A stretch of 64,000 bases of DNA from NCBI RefSeq assembly GCF_018977255.1, contig NW_024704743.1:66404001-66468000 (forward strand), read 5' to 3'. Both the position numbers and the translations under genes were made by a program. Under the pieces are notes generated by a model. That model had not been told where the DNA came from and ran no database searches. It saw only the letters and a program-made list of their open reading frames with translations. Origin of the DNA: Callorhinchus milii (taxonomy: Eukaryota). The first letter of the stretch is position 1. Each line of letters begins with the position of its first letter. This document shows positions 62,611 to 64,000 of the stretch, piece by piece.

Positions 62611-64000
62611 CACATTATGACATGGTTTTTAACATTATTTAACACTGTCATTATATAAGGTAAGCTGTCCAAAAGAGTATTAGACATAACTATTAGAAAT
62701 AATTTTCGAATTAAATGGATCAACAAGTAAATATGAAGTACTTAACCATTTTTAATGAGTTATATTCTGAAATGAAATATCAAAGAATTTCTCATGTCAG
62801 CACACGGCATGGTCAGGGAATAATATCCTAATGATCTTGTGAAAGGAAAGAGGCAAATCAAAATTCCAGTTGTTTAGAATATGTTGACTTCAGCAGAATG
62901 CTTTGACTAAACATATCTTCAAAAATAACTACTGGAAAACCAAAAGGGCTGCCGATGACTACGGAAAATGGTTTAATACTGGTAATAATGTTCACATTTG
63001 AAATAGAACCTTATTACGCCATCAAGGCTTCTCAGAGTACTTTAGAGTTTTGGCTATAAATACACAGTTAACACACTTAACACTAATGACTGTGTATTTA
63101 TGGGCAAACACAGCATCCAATTTGTGCAAAACAATGTCCCACAAGCAACTGATTTCATAAGAATGTCAAGGGCACATGATTATACTGAATTGAAAATGTA
63201 TTCCCATGATCAAAAAGTAGAATGGCCATATTCCCATTTCTCTGGTTTGAATGGAATGGATACTACCTCCTTGGAAGCACTCATTCTGCTTATCTAATAC
63301 TGGAAGGTATTAGGTACAAAATTGCAAAAGCCAAGTTTGGAGACATCATATTGTGTGTTGAAGTATTTCCGTCTAATGAATAATAACAACCCATCTACCA
63401 AATCCACCTACTATTAAAGTAAGTTTTTTCTTTCATGTTGTACATTATATTATTTTTGCCTACATAAAAAATATATTTGATAATAATTATAGTAAAACAT
63501 ATTTCAATTTATAAAGCAAGATGAAAATGATTTACTTTCTTTTTTTCTATTAATTCATTGTTTAAAAATTACATTTATGCAGTATAAATATATTTGCAAA
63601 AAACACAATCAACAATATTATATTATATAATGAGAGAATCGTCATTTACATTTATCCGCATTCTAACATGTTTTGTAAGCAAATAGCATTCAAGTTCATG
63701 TGAAGTTGTTTTTTTAAAAACAATTCTTCAGGTGCTTCCTGGTTCAAAGTGATATTTTCACATCTACACAGAGGGATTATTTGCTTCCCCAGTTAGTTTG
63801 GATTCTTTGGAAGAAAACACAATCATCCCTTTTGGAAAGAAAAGAAGTGAAGGATCAGAGGAAGAATCATTGTAGAATCCCTCATCCAATATCCAAGGAA
63901 CAGATCATGGCTGGGAGGAGAAAATTCAGAAAGTGTTTGAAAGATCCTCCACTGGGTCATCTCAATAATAGTTGTCATGAGCCTTTGATGCACGTGTGAA

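Noticed and set aside
1..64000. CRISPR array, operon or other prokaryotic/viral system
   Set aside because: No regularly spaced repeat-spacer units or long gene-dense ORFs; all long ORFs are explained by LINEs and the spliced ADCY1 gene
61672..64000. Next upstream ADCY1 exon
   Set aside because: I could not find a matching coding segment with splice sites; it presumably lies beyond the window

Overview
Vertebrate genomic DNA, most likely a cartilaginous fish: the dominant tRNA-headed Deu-domain SINEs and L2/CR1 LINEs resemble those I recall from chimaera/elephant shark and sharks (inference, not a database result). The window holds the 3' part of adenylate cyclase type 1 (ADCY1) on the minus strand. 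There are 12 GT-AG coding exons (61671 down to the stop at 2207), totalling 1791 nt, which splice in frame to 596 aa plus stop. They encode the C1b region, the second transmembrane cluster, the C2 catalytic domain and the C-tail; the 5' exons lie beyond the window. The introns are packed with retroelements: a near full-length decayed L2 (APE+RT), a young L2 subfamily, CR1 remnants, at least two Deu-SINE families, and LF-SINE-like and AmnSINE2-like ancient SINEs. They also carry a fold-back MITE family and a five-copy non-LTR family with a decayed C-terminal Cys/His motif (RTEX-like) that I cannot name. I found no prokaryotic-type system. The most interesting signals are the unnamed RTEX-like family, the covarying 3' stem-loop shared by L2 and SINEs, an LF-SINE-like copy, a templated 254-bp insertion into an L2, an inverted CR1 with nested insertions, and inverted SINE pairs flanking exons. 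Repeat boundaries are approximate; exon boundaries were read base by base.
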